From NCBI GenBank assembly GCA_943788985.1, contig CALSSJ010000031.1, forward strand, positions 64,001 to 128,000: a stretch of 64,000 nucleotides of DNA, given 5' to 3'. The stretch comes from an uncultured Lentisphaerales bacterium (GTDB lineage Bacteria; Verrucomicrobiota; Lentisphaeria; JABSQK01; UBA12247). Every line of letters begins with the position of its first letter. Positions within the stretch are counted from its first letter, which is position 1. This document shows, piece by piece, positions 10,301 through 20,259 of this stretch. A program made the translations under genes and the position numbers. The notes under the pieces are model-generated. The model had not been told where the DNA came from. It searched no databases and saw only the letters and a program-made list of their open reading frames with translations.

Positions 10301-10721
10301 TACCCTCCTGGTTTGGCAGCAGCGCCTCCGGGCAGTCGGGCGTCTCTGCCAAGGTTGCCGTTGCGAACTCCGCAAAATCCAAAAAACCAGTTTCTGGCAC
10401 GATATTCATCCGCCGCGCTCGATTGATATTGTCATGTCCGACAATGTCCCAGACTAAAACATGCGGCGAAAGCGCGTACGGCGGCTCAGTATCCGAGATC
10501 CGAACGACCGTAAATAGCATCCGGATTGCCCGGGTGACTCGGGCCTCATACACCGGTTTGCGGACTCCGCGAAGTGCCTTCACCCGCGTCCCATTCCCCC
10601 AGTAGCCCAGCTGCAGCCGTTCTAGCGTCTTCTGCACCTCCCCCCGAAACGGGGTCGCCTGCCCGGCTAGAAGCCCCTTTAGACGATGATGAATCAGAAT
10701 ATTGTAGAAATCGGTAGCCAT
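7392..10721 (-). CDS. SF1 UvrD-like helicase with N-terminal RelE-like domain and C-terminal TPR/SNAP-like repeats (TRANK1-like architecture)
   Basis: Helicase motifs GTAGSGKTT, YVTYS, CDEGQD, AADPQQ, LTRNFRS, KGLEFD, YVAVTRAR; repeated AAECY..AG helices; likely start MATDFYN at 10721 behind GGAGAAGAGG. Confidence 0.85.
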   Translation of the reverse strand: MATDFYNILIHHRLKGLLAGQATPFRGEVQKTLERLQLGYWGNGTRVKALRGVRKPVYEARVTRAIRMLFTVVRISDTEPPYALSPHVLVWDIVGHDNINRARRMNIVPETGFLDFAEFATATLAETPDCPEALLPNQEGTPDLLEYVNDPLNVPETEAMVESIRWYELTPEIVADEAEWQALLDDPSVNDLELKLSREQAESVYLAGPVLLRGTAGSGKTTVSVYRLARLVMEQPQSRILYVTYSEPLLETVRSLFHDLFRSRRETPPRVPDFYTFPQLYAEIAGGELPSVRLAAFEEWYRQAYRLSDAALAWEEIRGIVKGACTEPGQVGLSREAYERLGRKRAPLFVAERPRLFKVYERYQGWLRAQNRSDDVDAARAALRQLAPAHVYDHVVCDEGQDLTEVELLLLLRLVRRMDGLLFAADPQQIVNPSGFRWAELRTLIRSQDRHTGAPDIYSLTRNFRSVHSIVSLANALLTIQRERTGRSDDDGLQSTTLHGPTPVIVHGTEEEVAAKINDFGPRCAVVVLESEARDRLAKLLGSERVFDVQSCKGLEFDACVLWNPLGGDREVWERLLVSDEPMREDPVARRAIHHTYVAVTRARRYLGIFESTAEARALWETAPFRGQLESDNAAALSKFMVFAASPEEWESEGDYFLARQRFRQAAECFRRAGKPVRERESLAGHYASVHAFGKAAELYLELSMALEAAECYAEAGKHLQAAELFANSAEWGRAAQAFERHSRMKEAADCYTKAGQAEESTRCRLAYFESRKMWKQAAKLCRKLDRIEQAIGLYRRAGMRREADDLRLSHGTESAKPEELAKVLERRGELLPAAEYYERAGEIVQAARCRAEVATGKGDWEAAEKIWAGAGQDDRAKLCRAQGCRSRQEYYQAACVFHELRRTKESQECLAVATCKRGVAMREGMALRAKGEFLKAAWALEDAELYEIACNCLVRTSQSGDTPEVNEFVIREGMRAGRDELLKLVSNESESRTKLLAAAFCEERERMRDAAKFHCWAKQFEAAERCQLEIGPEKEVARIRALAAEDGQNWELAAEHWLEAKRMNKHHTCAARHLEARGAYLEAAEHYDAMGQNRKAQACREHAQTTSF

Positions 10722-10776
10722 GCCGATACCTCTTCTCCACTTCGCCGTGGAAGCAAAACCGGAAACCGAAGTACGC

Positions 10777-11928
10777 CTACTCCCGCCCTTGGCGCATTCC
10801 CACGATCTCCACATCCAGGGCCGCATCCTCGGAAGATAATGGCAGGGTCAGATCGAACAACTCCGGCTGATACTCGCCAGTGGCAGGCGGCACCACCGTG
10901 ACTCCGATCCCGATCAGCCGCAAAGCGGCTTGATCCCAGTGAGTGCGCAGTAGCCGAAATGCCGCACGAAGAATCGGGCGCTCATGGTCTGTCCCCGGCG
11001 ACAGCGTGATTTGGCGCGTGATGGTACGAAAGTCTGCCCAGCGCAACTTCAGCACAACTGTCGTAGCGAGATACGAACGATCCTTCACACGCTCCGCGAC
11101 ATGAACCGCCAAGCCCAACAGACAGGCCTCGATAGTCGCCAAATCGCCACAGTCTTCGCCAAAGGTGTTCTCGTTCGAGATAGACTTGACCGCTGACGCC
11201 TGGGAAACCGGACGCTGATCGATGCCATGGCTAAGCGCGAAGAGCCGCTCTGCGCCCTCCTGCCCGAGCAAGCCGGTCAACGCCTCGGCACCGCAACGCT
11301 GCACATCCGCGACTTTGCGGAGTCCGCAACGCTCAAGGCGTACGGCGGACTTGGGCCCAATCCCCCAGAGTCGTTGCAGGGAAAGCGGGGCCAACATTGC
11401 GGAGATCGCAGCGGGTTCTCGTGGGACAAACGTGAGCCCATTCGGCTTTTGCAGGTCGCTGGCCAGCTTAGCCAGCAGCTTATTCGGCGCGATCCCAATC
11501 GAGGCGGTCAACCCAATCTCATGCCAAATCTGTGCCTTCAGTGACTCGGCAAGAGTAATTGCTTCTTCTGCTGACGACACCTGGTCCGTGACATCGAGAA
11601 ACGCCTCGTCGACAGAAAGGCCTTCCACTTGGCTGGTTACTGCCCGAAATACGCCAAACAGTTGGTGGGAAACGTCCCGATATTGCTGCATCCGAACGGG
11701 CATGAAATGCGCGTGGGGGCAGAGCCGATGCGCAGTGCGCGACGGCATTGCCGAATGCACCCCAAACTCGCGTGCTTCATAGGACGCCGTGCAGACGACC
11801 CCGCGCTTGTCAGGCGGTGCCCCGACGATTACCGGCTCGCCTCTTAGGTGCACAGAATCCCGCTGCTCGACAGACGCGTAGAACGCGTCCATGTCTACAT
11901 GAAAAATCCAGCGGTCGGTGTCGCTCAA
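10777..11928 (-). CDS. dinB: DNA polymerase IV (Y-family)
   Basis: HVDMDAFYASVEQRD, SYEAREFGVHSAM, SVDEAFLD, NKLLAKLASDLQKPNG, little-finger C-terminus. Confidence 0.95.
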   Translation of the reverse strand: MSDTDRWIFHVDMDAFYASVEQRDSVHLRGEPVIVGAPPDKRGVVCTASYEAREFGVHSAMPSRTAHRLCPHAHFMPVRMQQYRDVSHQLFGVFRAVTSQVEGLSVDEAFLDVTDQVSSAEEAITLAESLKAQIWHEIGLTASIGIAPNKLLAKLASDLQKPNGLTFVPREPAAISAMLAPLSLQRLWGIGPKSAVRLERCGLRKVADVQRCGAEALTGLLGQEGAERLFALSHGIDQRPVSQASAVKSISNENTFGEDCGDLATIEACLLGLAVHVAERVKDRSYLATTVVLKLRWADFRTITRQITLSPGTDHERPILRAAFRLLRTHWDQAALRLIGIGVTVVPPATGEYQPELFDLTLPLSSEDAALDVEIVGMRQGRE

Positions 11929-12992
11929 CGATTGACGTGAGCGCCCTCGCTATCGTGGGCCACATCCTTTGGCACACGATTCAGCTGGAGGCGAATCTCC
12001 TGATCGGCGGTCGTGTAGTAGACATCGCGCGCCTGTGCGATCATTTGCTGCAACGTCTCCTGAAACATTGTCACCAGCAAGGTGTTCCGCGAAGTCCGGT
12101 ACTTCGGTAGAATCTTCTCGAAGTAATCAGCATCGGCCTCGACTCCAGCACGCACCCGCTGGTTATAACTCTCTGCCTCGGCAAGAATCTGCGAGGCCTC
12201 GCCCTGAGCCTGTTGCCCGAGCTTGCGGCTGAAGGCGTGTGCCCCACTGCGGCGGCTCGAGTACTCGTTCTCTGCTTCGATCACCTGGGTAAAGGCATCC
12301 AAGACCTGTCGCGGGACCTCGCGCCGGTCGAAGTACACGTTGATCGAGCTCAAGTCAATACCCACATCCAAGGCGACCAGCTTGCGCTTGAAGCGCCGCT
12401 CTACGTTGCCACGTAAGGTCTCTGAGCCTTCGTAAATCGCGCTGTCGATCGGCGTGCCAGCGACTTCCTTCACGACAGCGTTGGCCAGTGCGTTCTGAAT
12501 CATCAAATCTGCCTGACCTTCCGCGTACCCGTAGTGATAGCGCTTCAGGTTATCGATCGTGAAGTTCACACTCCAGCGCCCATGAATCACATTGTAATCT
12601 CCGGTCAAAAGATAGCTGTCGGCCGCCGTGCGTAGAGTCTCAGGGTCCGGCGGCGGGCCTTGCTGGTTGGCGGCCGCCTCCTCGTACCAGAACGAGGCAA
12701 CCACGGTGTGGCTGCGGGCCGTACGCACGCGCACCACTGAGGCAAACGGCTTCGGTAGCGCATAGTACCCCTTGCCTGGCTTCAGAGCGTCGCCCTTTAC
12801 CGCCCCAAACTGCGAGATAAAGGCCTGCTCGTTGGCATCTAGAACCGTGTAGTTGGACACCACATAGCCAATGGCGACCAGCACCATCGAGATCACAAGA
12901 ATCCGTCGAGCCAACTTCGCGGTGCGAAGAACAGCTTCTTCGCCTTCGCCACGCTGGCGGCGGCTATTGAACTGGATATCGGGGATGGGCAT
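11925..12992 (-). CDS. hflK: HflK-like SPFH/band-7 membrane protein
   Basis: Single TM, YLLTGDYNVI, VLDAFTQVIEAE, AQGEASQILAEAESY coiled coil. Confidence 0.8.
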   Translation of the reverse strand: MPIPDIQFNSRRQRGEGEEAVLRTAKLARRILVISMVLVAIGYVVSNYTVLDANEQAFISQFGAVKGDALKPGKGYYALPKPFASVVRVRTARSHTVVASFWYEEAAANQQGPPPDPETLRTAADSYLLTGDYNVIHGRWSVNFTIDNLKRYHYGYAEGQADLMIQNALANAVVKEVAGTPIDSAIYEGSETLRGNVERRFKRKLVALDVGIDLSSINVYFDRREVPRQVLDAFTQVIEAENEYSSRRSGAHAFSRKLGQQAQGEASQILAEAESYNQRVRAGVEADADYFEKILPKYRTSRNTLLVTMFQETLQQMIAQARDVYYTTADQEIRLQLNRVPKDVAHDSEGAHVNR

Positions 12993-13003
12993 GATGCGCG
13001 GGC

Positions 13004-13996
13004 TTAGTTCCGGACCGCTGGCAGCTTGGTGCCGGGCCTTGACGTGGAGTCTTGGAAACGCTTGAGTGCAGAGAACGGCGGGGTATCTGGGTCAAAGAAC
13101 AGAGTTGCCCCATGACTCAACTTCTTGAGTGCTTCGACCTCGGCCAGAAACTCGGCAAGCTCAGGCTCCTGATTGAACACGTCGTAGAACTCGGCAGCTG
13201 CTGCGTCGGCCGCACCACGCACCTTTTTGGCGCTCGCTTCCGCCTGCGCCACCACGATCCGACGTTGGCTCTCTGCTTCGGCACGAATTCGCTGTGCTTC
13301 GGCATCGCCACGGGCGAGAATCTCCTGACGAGTCGCTTCACGCTCGGCCTTCATCCGCTCAAACACCGAGATGCTGACCTTCTCGGGCAGTCCGATTTGC
13401 TTGAGCCCGACATCTACGATCTCAATCCCGAACTGGTCAAGCGAGTGAGTTTGCATGCCCGCGAGCAGATCAGCTTCGATCTGGTCGATCTTCACTTTCG
13501 TGGCATTGACATTGATCAGATCGCCAAAGTCATAACGGCTGATCACGCCGCTGCGCGTACTGCGCAGCACATTCGTCAGCAGCTCTTCCGCGACCGCAAA
13601 GCTATCACGGGTCTGGTCCACTTCCTGCACGCTGCGCAGGTACTTCATGATCTGCTCTTCACTATTCTGAATCCGCCAGCAGACGTAGACGCCGATCACG
13701 ATATTCTTGCCGTCCCTCGTGAAGGTCTCTTCCAACTCGCCAATGTTGCCGTCAAAGCACCGCACTCGACGATCCTTGCGCCATACAGTCTCGACCGGCG
13801 TGGGTAGCTTGAAATGCAGGCCCGGTGCAGCAACTCGCACTGGATTTCCCCAGCGCGTGACCACGGCGTGCTCCGTCTCCTGCACTTGGAAGGTGAAGAG
13901 TGAAATGATAAATATCGCGCACACAGCCAGCACGACAACAATCAGCGGCTTGCTGCTGTGGTGCGTTTGCGGATCGGTATGAGTATGGTCTGCCAT
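13004..13996 (-). CDS. hflC: HflC-like SPFH protein
   Basis: VVTRWGNP..PGLHFKLPTP, TRDGKNI, FGIEIVDVGLKQIGLP, VFERMKAERE; His-rich N-terminus. Confidence 0.85.
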   Translation of the reverse strand: MADHTHTDPQTHHSSKPLIVVVLAVCAIFIISLFTFQVQETEHAVVTRWGNPVRVAAPGLHFKLPTPVETVWRKDRRVRCFDGNIGELEETFTRDGKNIVIGVYVCWRIQNSEEQIMKYLRSVQEVDQTRDSFAVAEELLTNVLRSTRSGVISRYDFGDLINVNATKVKIDQIEADLLAGMQTHSLDQFGIEIVDVGLKQIGLPEKVSISVFERMKAEREATRQEILARGDAEAQRIRAEAESQRRIVVAQAEASAKKVRGAADAAAAEFYDVFNQEPELAEFLAEVEALKKLSHGATLFFDPDTPPFSALKRFQDSTSRPGTKLPAVRN

Positions 13997-14004
13997 GGTA
14001 TCCT

Positions 14005-15912
14005 CTACTTAAGCTTAAGGTCCCGAGTAAGATCAATCTCTGGATCTTCCTCGAGATTTACTTCTAGAATCTGTTTCGCACGAGTCGCAATAAACACGCA
14101 GCGCACGTCTCGCTCTGCCAGTGTCTCCATCATCAGACGTCGTGTGTAAATACTTGGTGCCTTCGCATACGCTGCACACTGCTGGGCAAACCGCAGCGAC
14201 CGCGCCTCCGGAATCAGCTTCCGCTCCTGGCGGTATGCCTCCGCATCGGCCGCCACACTGTCACTCAGCCCCTTCGCCTCATTCTGCCACGCGCGGGCAT
14301 CACCTTCTGCCCGCAACACTTTGGCCAGCAGTTCTTCTTGCGCACCAACTACCTGCTGGAAGGACTCGCCCGTTTCAACCGGTGGATGCAGATCCGTCAG
14401 CGCCACATAGGTGATCTCTACTCCCAACGGTGGCTTCACCGCCGCCACGGCCTCAGAAATCCGCCGCGTCAGCTTGGTCGCGGTGACTGTGCGACCACGA
14501 CCAACAACATCGTTAAAGCTCGACGATGCGAAGAACCGGACCAACTCGCGCTGGCAGACACCTGCCAACGGCACCCGAGGGTCATCATAGTTGTAGGCGT
14601 AAGCAAGCACATCGGCCTCAGTCTTGCCCACTCGGAAATGGATCGGGATATGAACCTGTAGCGCGGTCACCGGCACCAGTCGACTGTCCTCACCCACCTC
14701 TTCCTCGTCACTCGCAAGCAGAAAGTATCCTTCCAACGCCTCGTGGCGCTTATCCCAGGTGATCACCCGGCCTTGGGTCGTATCCAAATACGGGTCTTCG
14801 TCTTCGGGCATCCCCTCGTTCGCTTTCGCTTTCTTCTCCAACCCAACATCAATCGTCTGTACCTGGTGCGCTGGAACTCGACGAATGACCTGAAATGGCC
14901 ATGGCAGCTTCACGTGCAGGCCTGATTCGACCAGCTCCCGCTTTGAGGTGCCGCCCAGCGAGTAGGTCTCCCGAATACCAATCTCGTGCGCGCCTACCCC
15001 AACAAAACAGCCCAGCACATAGAGAATGGCAAGAGAGAGCGCCACTAGGGGCACACAGCCACGAACAACAATGGAATACACCCAGGTGTCTGAGACCTTC
15101 ACGCCAAACTGATAGTCGAGCGCAGCGGCGATATTCTCGGCGATGCTCCCGGGCTGGGTCACGAAACTCAGCGGCCGGCTCTCGTAGAGCGGTGTCACCG
15201 CTTCACCAGGAATGCGGGGCCGGTAGAAATCCAGCAGCGGACTCACTAGCAGTTCGATGGCAATAAGCGCCAGGATCGCCAAGGCTAAGATGCCGGCCGC
15301 CTTGCTCCAGCCCAGCTTCTCCTGCATCTCAGCCAACATCGCGGCCGCCAGCAAGAAGTTGAAGAACGCCGCCAGGAATGACATTTGCGCAATGGGACGC
15401 ATCCAGCGACAGCCAGCCTCACGCGAGACGCCATTCATGAAGCTTCCGCCGAGAATACACAGCACCGCCACAAATCCGGCAAATCCGGCAATGGGTACCG
15501 GAGACTGAGTCGCTGCGTTGCTGTGCGGCCCGAGGTCACGCAGCCAGAAGATGACGACGATCCCAAGCACCAACCCAACGAACACGCAGAAGATCCGAAC
15601 GCCATACTTTAGATACCCCTCGTACAACGCTCCGGCGATGCGGTCGTCACGGTCGTGGAACAGATCTTCACGGTCGTATTCGCGCTTGATCCGCCGACGG
15701 TCGTTATCCTCGTCGCGCATCGCGCGCTCTAAAAAATTGTGCCGCCAGCCAGCCAGAGCGAATAGCCAGATGATCTGAAATACCGCGGCAGCGGCCCAGG
15801 CAACAGGGTGGGAGATCCAGAACCCGGCCAGTAGAGCATACGCAATCAGCGCAAAAGTAATCAGCCCAGCAGTGCCTCTGGCGAGCAGTTCAGGACGTTG
15901 GGGCTTACTCAT
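14005..15912 (-). CDS. HflK-like SPFH protein with extra N-terminal multi-TM domain
   Basis: Multiple hydrophobic segments, then GLHVKLPWPF, LGVEITYVALTDLHPPVE, FQQVVGAQEE. Confidence 0.8.
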   Translation of the reverse strand: MSKPQRPELLARGTAGLITFALIAYALLAGFWISHPVAWAAAAVFQIIWLFALAGWRHNFLERAMRDEDNDRRRIKREYDREDLFHDRDDRIAGALYEGYLKYGVRIFCVFVGLVLGIVVIFWLRDLGPHSNAATQSPVPIAGFAGFVAVLCILGGSFMNGVSREAGCRWMRPIAQMSFLAAFFNFLLAAAMLAEMQEKLGWSKAAGILALAILALIAIELLVSPLLDFYRPRIPGEAVTPLYESRPLSFVTQPGSIAENIAAALDYQFGVKVSDTWVYSIVVRGCVPLVALSLAILYVLGCFVGVGAHEIGIRETYSLGGTSKRELVESGLHVKLPWPFQVIRRVPAHQVQTIDVGLEKKAKANEGMPEDEDPYLDTTQGRVITWDKRHEALEGYFLLASDEEEVGEDSRLVPVTALQVHIPIHFRVGKTEADVLAYAYNYDDPRVPLAGVCQRELVRFFASSSFNDVVGRGRTVTATKLTRRISEAVAAVKPPLGVEITYVALTDLHPPVETGESFQQVVGAQEELLAKVLRAEGDARAWQNEAKGLSDSVAADAEAYRQERKLIPEARSLRFAQQCAAYAKAPSIYTRRLMMETLAERDVRCVFIATRAKQILEVNLEEDPEIDLTRDLKLK

Positions 15913-17922
15913 CGCACCGCCTCCACATCCAGCGCACCGATGCCGCTACCTTCTGCTTCTTCCGAAACCAGCAGCTCCTCGCCAAAGCGAAATAGTCGGG
16001 CGCTGTTGAACAGCACGATAAAGCTGCCGATGTTATGCAAAGCTGCGGCGATTAGAACCTTCAGCACAGAGTCGCGCATCCCGAGTGTATCCGCCAGCTG
16101 CCTGAGCTGGGCATCACCAAAAATGAACATCGCGATGCCCCCCCACGATCACCGCTACCCCCAGCACCAAGTTCTGTAGAATGGTTGTCCGTGTCTTACG
16201 GGACAGCCCGATTAACGTCGGGATGCGGCGCAAATCCGTGCTCATCAGCGCGATCGAGGCACTGTTCAGAGCCACGTCGCTGCCAATAGCCCCCATGGCG
16301 ATCCCAATATTTCCGGCGGCCAAGGCGGGCGCGTCATTGACGCCATCGCCAATCACCGCAACCGTAGCCCCGCGTTTTTTCAACTCTTCGACGTAGGCCA
16401 CTTTGTCCTGCGGTAGACACTCGCTGACCACGTCATCCATCTTCAGCCGGGCGCTCACCTGCTCGGCCACAGTCCGGTTGTCGCCGGTGACCATGCTGCA
16501 AAGCAACACACCGTTCTCGCGCGCCTGCTCAATCGCTTCAGCCGCGTGTTCGCGCACCGTGTCACGCATCCCAACCCAGCCCAAGACGCGAGAGCCATTA
16601 GCCACGTAGACCACGCTCATCCCGCTCTGCTCTTCGGCTTCCTCTTCCTTGCGCGGGAGCGTAATCTTATTCTCCTCCAACCACGTGCCGCGCCCCACCC
16701 GGATGACTCCGTTCGGCGTATGGGCAAGCACGCCTCGGCCCGGCACTTCTTCTGAAGACTCGGGCGACGTCCAGCTCACATTTGCGGTCTTCGCAAGATT
16801 TCGCAGCGCAATCGCAGCCGGATGATTACTGGCGGCTTCCGCGGTGACAGCGGCAGACAGCAACTCAGACAACTCAACACCTTCTGCTGGTGCCAGCTTC
16901 TTCACCGCCAGCACGCCGTGGGTCAAGGTCCCCGTCTTATCACAGACCAGAGCGTTGATCCCCGCAGCAGCCTCGATTTGCACCACGTCCTTGACCAGAA
17001 TACCCAGCCGGGCCGCGGCCGCAATGGCCGCCACTGCCGCGGACGGCGTCGCGATCACCAAAGCGCACGGGCAGGCCATCACTAGGATCAAAACCACGCG
17101 CATCAGGTCGGCTGTGAAAAACCAGACGATCGCACTGACCATCAGAATGGTCGGCGTGTAATAGCGCACGTACTGATCAATAATCCGCATGATTGGCGTG
17201 CGAGTCTTCTCTGCGGCCAAAATCAGGTCCCGCACCTTCCCCAACGTCGTGTCCTCACCAAGGCGAGTGACTTCCACCACGATCGCACCCGTCAGATTCT
17301 CGGTCCCGGCAAAGACCTCATCGCCCTGGCTCTTATCGACCGGCAACGATTCACCAGTGATCGATGCTTGATTAACGGCCGACACGCCGCTGACGAGGGT
17401 GCCATCTACCGGAAAATTCTCACCAGGACGCACGCGAATTTTATCGCCGATCTTCAGTGCCAGCGCGGCAACCTCGGTCTCCGCGCCATCCTCCCCGAGC
17501 CGACGGGCCGTACTAGGGGCCATCTTCACCAAATCTTCGACAGAACGCATTGCGCCAATCGCCGTACGCTCCTCGATCAGGATGGCAGTCCACATAAAAA
17601 AGGCCACAATTCCGGCCTCCTGATACTTGCCAAGCACAAACGCGGCCAGAATCGCAAGCCCGACCAGTTCATTCATTAAGAAACGGCCGCTCATAATGTC
17701 GCTGATCGCGGTCTTCAGCAGTGGATAAGACAGGATGGCTGCCCCGGCGATCGCACAGATCATCGAAGCGTAGGGCTGGTCGTCATGCACCAGCCATTGC
17801 GAAATCATAGAAGTCAGAACCAAAACGGCCCCGCACAGCGCCACGCCTACATGGACCGTCGGATGGCTGTGATTGCAGCCGCCGCAGTGCTCGTCCGCGA
17901 TTCGTTCGTAACCTTTTCGCAT
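15909..17922 (-). CDS. Heavy-metal P1B-type ATPase; frameshifted at a G7 run (16138-16144)
   Basis: TGES, CPC, DKTGT, SNHP, TGDN, GDGVNDAPALA. Removing one G joins IVGG to IAMFIFG..LHNIGSFIVLFNSARL (ORF 15909-16130). Confidence 0.9.
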
Positions 17923-18194
17923 ATATCCCCGATTATAGCCTCAGTCCTACCTCGCCTTCTAATATTCGCCACAAAGGGCGAAGTCATGTAAAAGCTGCAA
18001 TCAACCGGTAATAATGCGTGCCCTAGTGGAATTCGCAACAGCCCCCCCCTGGATCTTTCCGGCTACAACCCATGCACCAATGGACACTCGGCGTACACCC
18101 TAGGGCATTCCTGGAACACAACTCTGCGCAAAATCGCCTCCAAATCCGCCACATCCCCCTAACCCACAACATCTTATGAACCATTCAGCACAAC

Positions 18195-18211
18195 TTGGCA
18201 CGAATGCTTCT
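18195..18211 (+). promoter_or_regulatory. Weak sigma-54-like promoter upstream of the OlsF-like gene
   Basis: TTGGCACGAATGCTTCT: perfect -24 TGGCACG, imperfect -12. Confidence 0.25.
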
Positions 18212-18251
18212 TTCAAGCGATCCATCAACGCCACACACGGAGAAGCACACC

Positions 18252-20008
18252 ATGAATACTGCGCCAGAACCAACACCTGCTCTGCACCTCGACAGCATCC
18301 CGGGCTTGCCAAACGTTCCCATAGTTCCCTGCATTCAGAATCCACTAGAACGGCTCTTGGGCCTGGAGCGCTGCAATCAGGTGCTCGCCAAGATTCCGGC
18401 TGACAGAACCGGAACTGCCTTCGTCGCCGCCGCGCTCGAGCAATTGCAGATCGCGACAGATGCAGCGGAGGCTGACCTAGCGAACATCCCGGAAACCGGC
18501 GGCGTGATGATTGTCGCCAACCACCCGTATGGTATGCTCGATGGCCTCCTCGTACTCGACCTCATTGCCCGCAAGCGCAAGGACGTACGCTTCATGGGCA
18601 ACGACGCTCTGGCCGCGATCCCACAGCTCGGCGACCTGCTGCTGGGCGTAGACCTCTGGAACGGCGGCAAGCGCAGCAATGCCATGGCGCTGCGGCGTTC
18701 CATCCAATGGCTCCGCGAAGGCGGGGCACTCGTCGTCTTCCCCGCTGGCCGAGTCTCCGCCCCGCGTCTCGACCGCGCAGTTGTCATGGACCGTCCTTGG
18801 CAGCCCTCCATCGGCGGCATCCTGCGCCATGCCGGCTGCCCTGCCCTGCCCGTCCATGTGAGCGGCCAAGCCGGGCTAGTCACCCAGCTGGGTGGCCTCT
18901 TGAATCGCCACATCCGCCTCCTGGCGCAGCCGCATCAGCTCACCAGCAGTGCCAACCGCACCTTTCAGATCCAGGTGGGCCATCCGGTCGATGCCAAACG
19001 TCTCGCCGCTTGCAAGGACGATCGCGACCGGAGCGAGTACCTGCAGTTTCGCAGCTACCTCCTCGCCGAGCGCGGCCGCACCGAGCGCGGGCCCTCACAC
19101 GACAGATCAGCCCGAGCAGCCCATCGCGTCTCCCCGAGAGCGTAGCCAGCTGATTGCGGAGATCGCAGACCTCAGCCCGCTCTGCACCAAGGGCACTCGC
19201 GACGTTTATGTCACAACCGGCAACTATTCGCCGAACATCCTCCACGAGCTTGGTCGCCTTCGCGAACTGACCTTCCGCGAGGTCGGTGAGGGCACCGGCA
19301 ACGCGCTCGACATCGACGACTACGACGATCACTGCGATCAGCTGCTCATCTGGGATCGCGAGGACCAGGAAATCGTAGGCGCCTACCGCTTGCGGGAAGT
19401 CAACGCCGACACAGACTCACGTGAGCTCTACTGCCACACGTCTGTACAAGCTCAAGCGCGGGTTCATGGGCCAGATCGGCCACGGCATCGAGCTTGGCCG
19501 CTCCTTCATCCAGCCATGCTATCAGCGCCAATTCAACTCCCTGCTCCTGCTCTGGCAGGGCATTGGTGCCTACGTCCAGCAGCGCCCCGGCGCCACCAAG
19601 CTCTTCGGCGCGGTCAGCATCAGCGCCGCGTACTCGCCCGCCTCGCGCCAAGCCATCCAGGAAGTCCTCGCGCACATCCGTACAGACAACCCGTTTGCGG
19701 AGTTCGCAACGCCACGCAATCCAGCGCGCTTCACCCCGTTGCGCCCGTTTCAGCGCGCAGCGCTCACCCGCTGGGGCTGCAGTGTCGAAGAACTCTCCGA
19801 GTGGATCGCCGACCTCGAGCCCAACCCCGACCTTCAGCACATTCCCGTCCTGATCCGCCAGTACGCTCGCCTCGGGGCAGTCTTCGCCAGCTTCAACGTC
19901 GATCCCGACTTTTCCTGCGCCATGGATGGGCTCATCGTCGTAGACCTCGAGCAGACCGAGCCACGCCAGCTCCGCCGCCTCTTCGGCAAGACCTGGTCGC
20001 TGACGTAG
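18252..20008 (+). CDS. PlsC-type acyltransferase fused to GNAT N-acyltransferase (OlsF-like aminolipid synthase); two frameshifts (about 19090 and 19441)
   Basis: ANHPYGMLDG (HxxxxD), VFPAGRVS; then ELGRLRELTFREVGEGTG..DIDDYD..IVGAYRL; then IELGRSFI..LLWQGIG..LFGAVSIS..FNVDPDFS..DGLIVVDL, spread over three consecutive ORFs. Confidence 0.8.
19920..19998 (+). repeat. Direct repeat copy 1 (3' end of the OlsF-like gene)
   Basis: 79 bp matching 26367-26445 with 3 mismatches, all at synonymous third codon positions. Confidence 0.95.
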
Positions 20009-20259
20009 AGAACTCCGGATAGGCCGGCGGCTTGTCAGCAGTTAGGGCCCACGCGAAAATAGCGTTCTCACCCCAGAGCGATGCCAGCAAAGCGCTCCAA
20101 TGGCTCGGCGCAGGCCACCCCCGCTATCCGCCAAGAGCAATATGATGAAATATCGGCGCGTCCCTCGCCAAAGGCTGGTGACCGTGCCGGAACGGCAGCG
20201 AAAGCCGGCAACCTTCCTGGTCTGCAATGCCGATTCCCCACGGCGAGCAGCTCCCCTCC

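Noticed and set aside
10722..10826. Longer ORF-track start for the helicase (likewise for TAXI, TauE, PIN and the second ppk2)
   Set aside because: The extensions overlap neighbouring genes or lack family similarity; downstream ATGs fit better
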